A stretch of DNA of 15,347 bases from Methanothrix sp. (GTDB lineage Archaea; Halobacteriota; Methanosarcinia; Methanotrichales; Methanotrichaceae). Made by a program: the position numbers and the translations under genes. Below, piece by piece: positions 14,998 through 15,347 of the stretch; the first letter of the stretch is position 1; every line of letters starts with the position of its first letter. The stretch lies in assembly GCA_037128175.1 (NCBI GenBank), contig JBAXWY010000056.1, positions 1 through 15,347 of the forward strand, given 5' to 3'. The notes beneath the pieces were generated by a model, which saw only the letters and a list, made by a program, of their open reading frames with translations, was not told where the DNA came from and searched no databases.

Positions 14998-15331
14998 GGA
15001 TAAGCTCCTCTATGTACTTGTACTCGATATACTCACGGGACTCTTTTACGTCCACGACCTGCTTGGGCTTGCCAAGACCTCGATCCAAGATTTCTCGGGC
15101 AAAGGCCAGCACCATCTCGGGTTCATTATCTGGCAGGGCTTCGAAGATGGCAATGATTTTCTTGGCAACCTTGGGAGTAGCCTCCTCGAACTTGATGCGG
15201 GCCAGGCGTGTCGGTTTATCGATCAGAGAGCCTGCCGAGTTTCCCGGCAGGAATTTTCCCAAAACATCCCGCTGGGACGGCTGAGATTTCTGGGCAGGCA
15301 GGCTTAGTGCATCTCGGTTTACCCCTGCCAA
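14876..15331 (-). CDS. terS: Terminase small subunit (putative)
   Basis: GKFLPGNSAG and AREILDRGLGKPKQ motifs; directly upstream of terL. The frame stays open to the window edge, so the start is uncertain. Confidence 0.65.
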   Translation of the reverse strand: MAGVNRDALSLPAQKSQPSQRDVLGKFLPGNSAGSLIDKPTRLARIKFEEATPKVAKKIIAIFEALPDNEPEMVLAFAREILDRGLGKPKQVVDVKESREYIEYKYIEELILADPEAVRLAASLAERLEGYAGDICSEAFGREVETLPPPS

Positions 15332-15344
15332 GTCCTCTTGGCAG
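15325..15344. repeat. Perfect 8-bp inverted repeat with 4-nt loop
   Basis: CTGCCAAG-TCCT-CTTGGCAG, overlapping the predicted terS TTG. Confidence 0.7.
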
Positions 15345-15347
15345 TTT

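Larger units (their letters stand above)
1..15347 (-). mobile_element. Tailed virus / provirus morphogenesis module
   Basis: Order terS-terL-portal-protease-scaffold-cement-MCP-adaptor, all on one strand with abutting or overlapping genes. No integrase or att site in the window, so free versus integrated is unknown. Confidence 0.92.

Noticed and set aside
1-15347. tRNA, rRNA, integrase, att sites, IS elements
   Set aside because: None recognisable; the window is almost entirely coding.

Overview
This window is a single, tightly packed minus-strand operon encoding the DNA-packaging and virion-assembly module of a tailed (HK97-fold, Caudoviricetes-type) virus or provirus. In transcription order (right to left) it holds: TerS; TerL split into separate ATPase and nuclease ORFs; portal; a MuF-like Zn motif/degenerate uracil-DNA-glycosylase/XkdF-protease fusion; scaffold; cement protein; major capsid protein; head-tail adaptor; holin; an AT-richer cassette of fibre/spike-like genes; a tail-terminator-like protein with three Ig-like repeats; a hub-like protein; and a partial ORF missing from the supplied track (Zn motif plus acidic coiled coil). 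The Ig-repeat type and GGAGGTGA-type ribosome-binding site suggest a methanogenic archaeal host (Methanothrix-like), which is an inference only. Most notable are: (1) the split terL, with a G-quadruplex-like 95-nt insert between 6-bp direct repeats; (2) the cargo-carrying protease polyprotein; (3) the same MuF-like Zn motif on two unrelated proteins; (4) a KGAGVFQE N-terminal tag shared by two adjacent proteins; (5) a relic of the tail-terminator gene marking the edge of the fibre cassette. All family calls come from motif recognition by eye; no searches were run.
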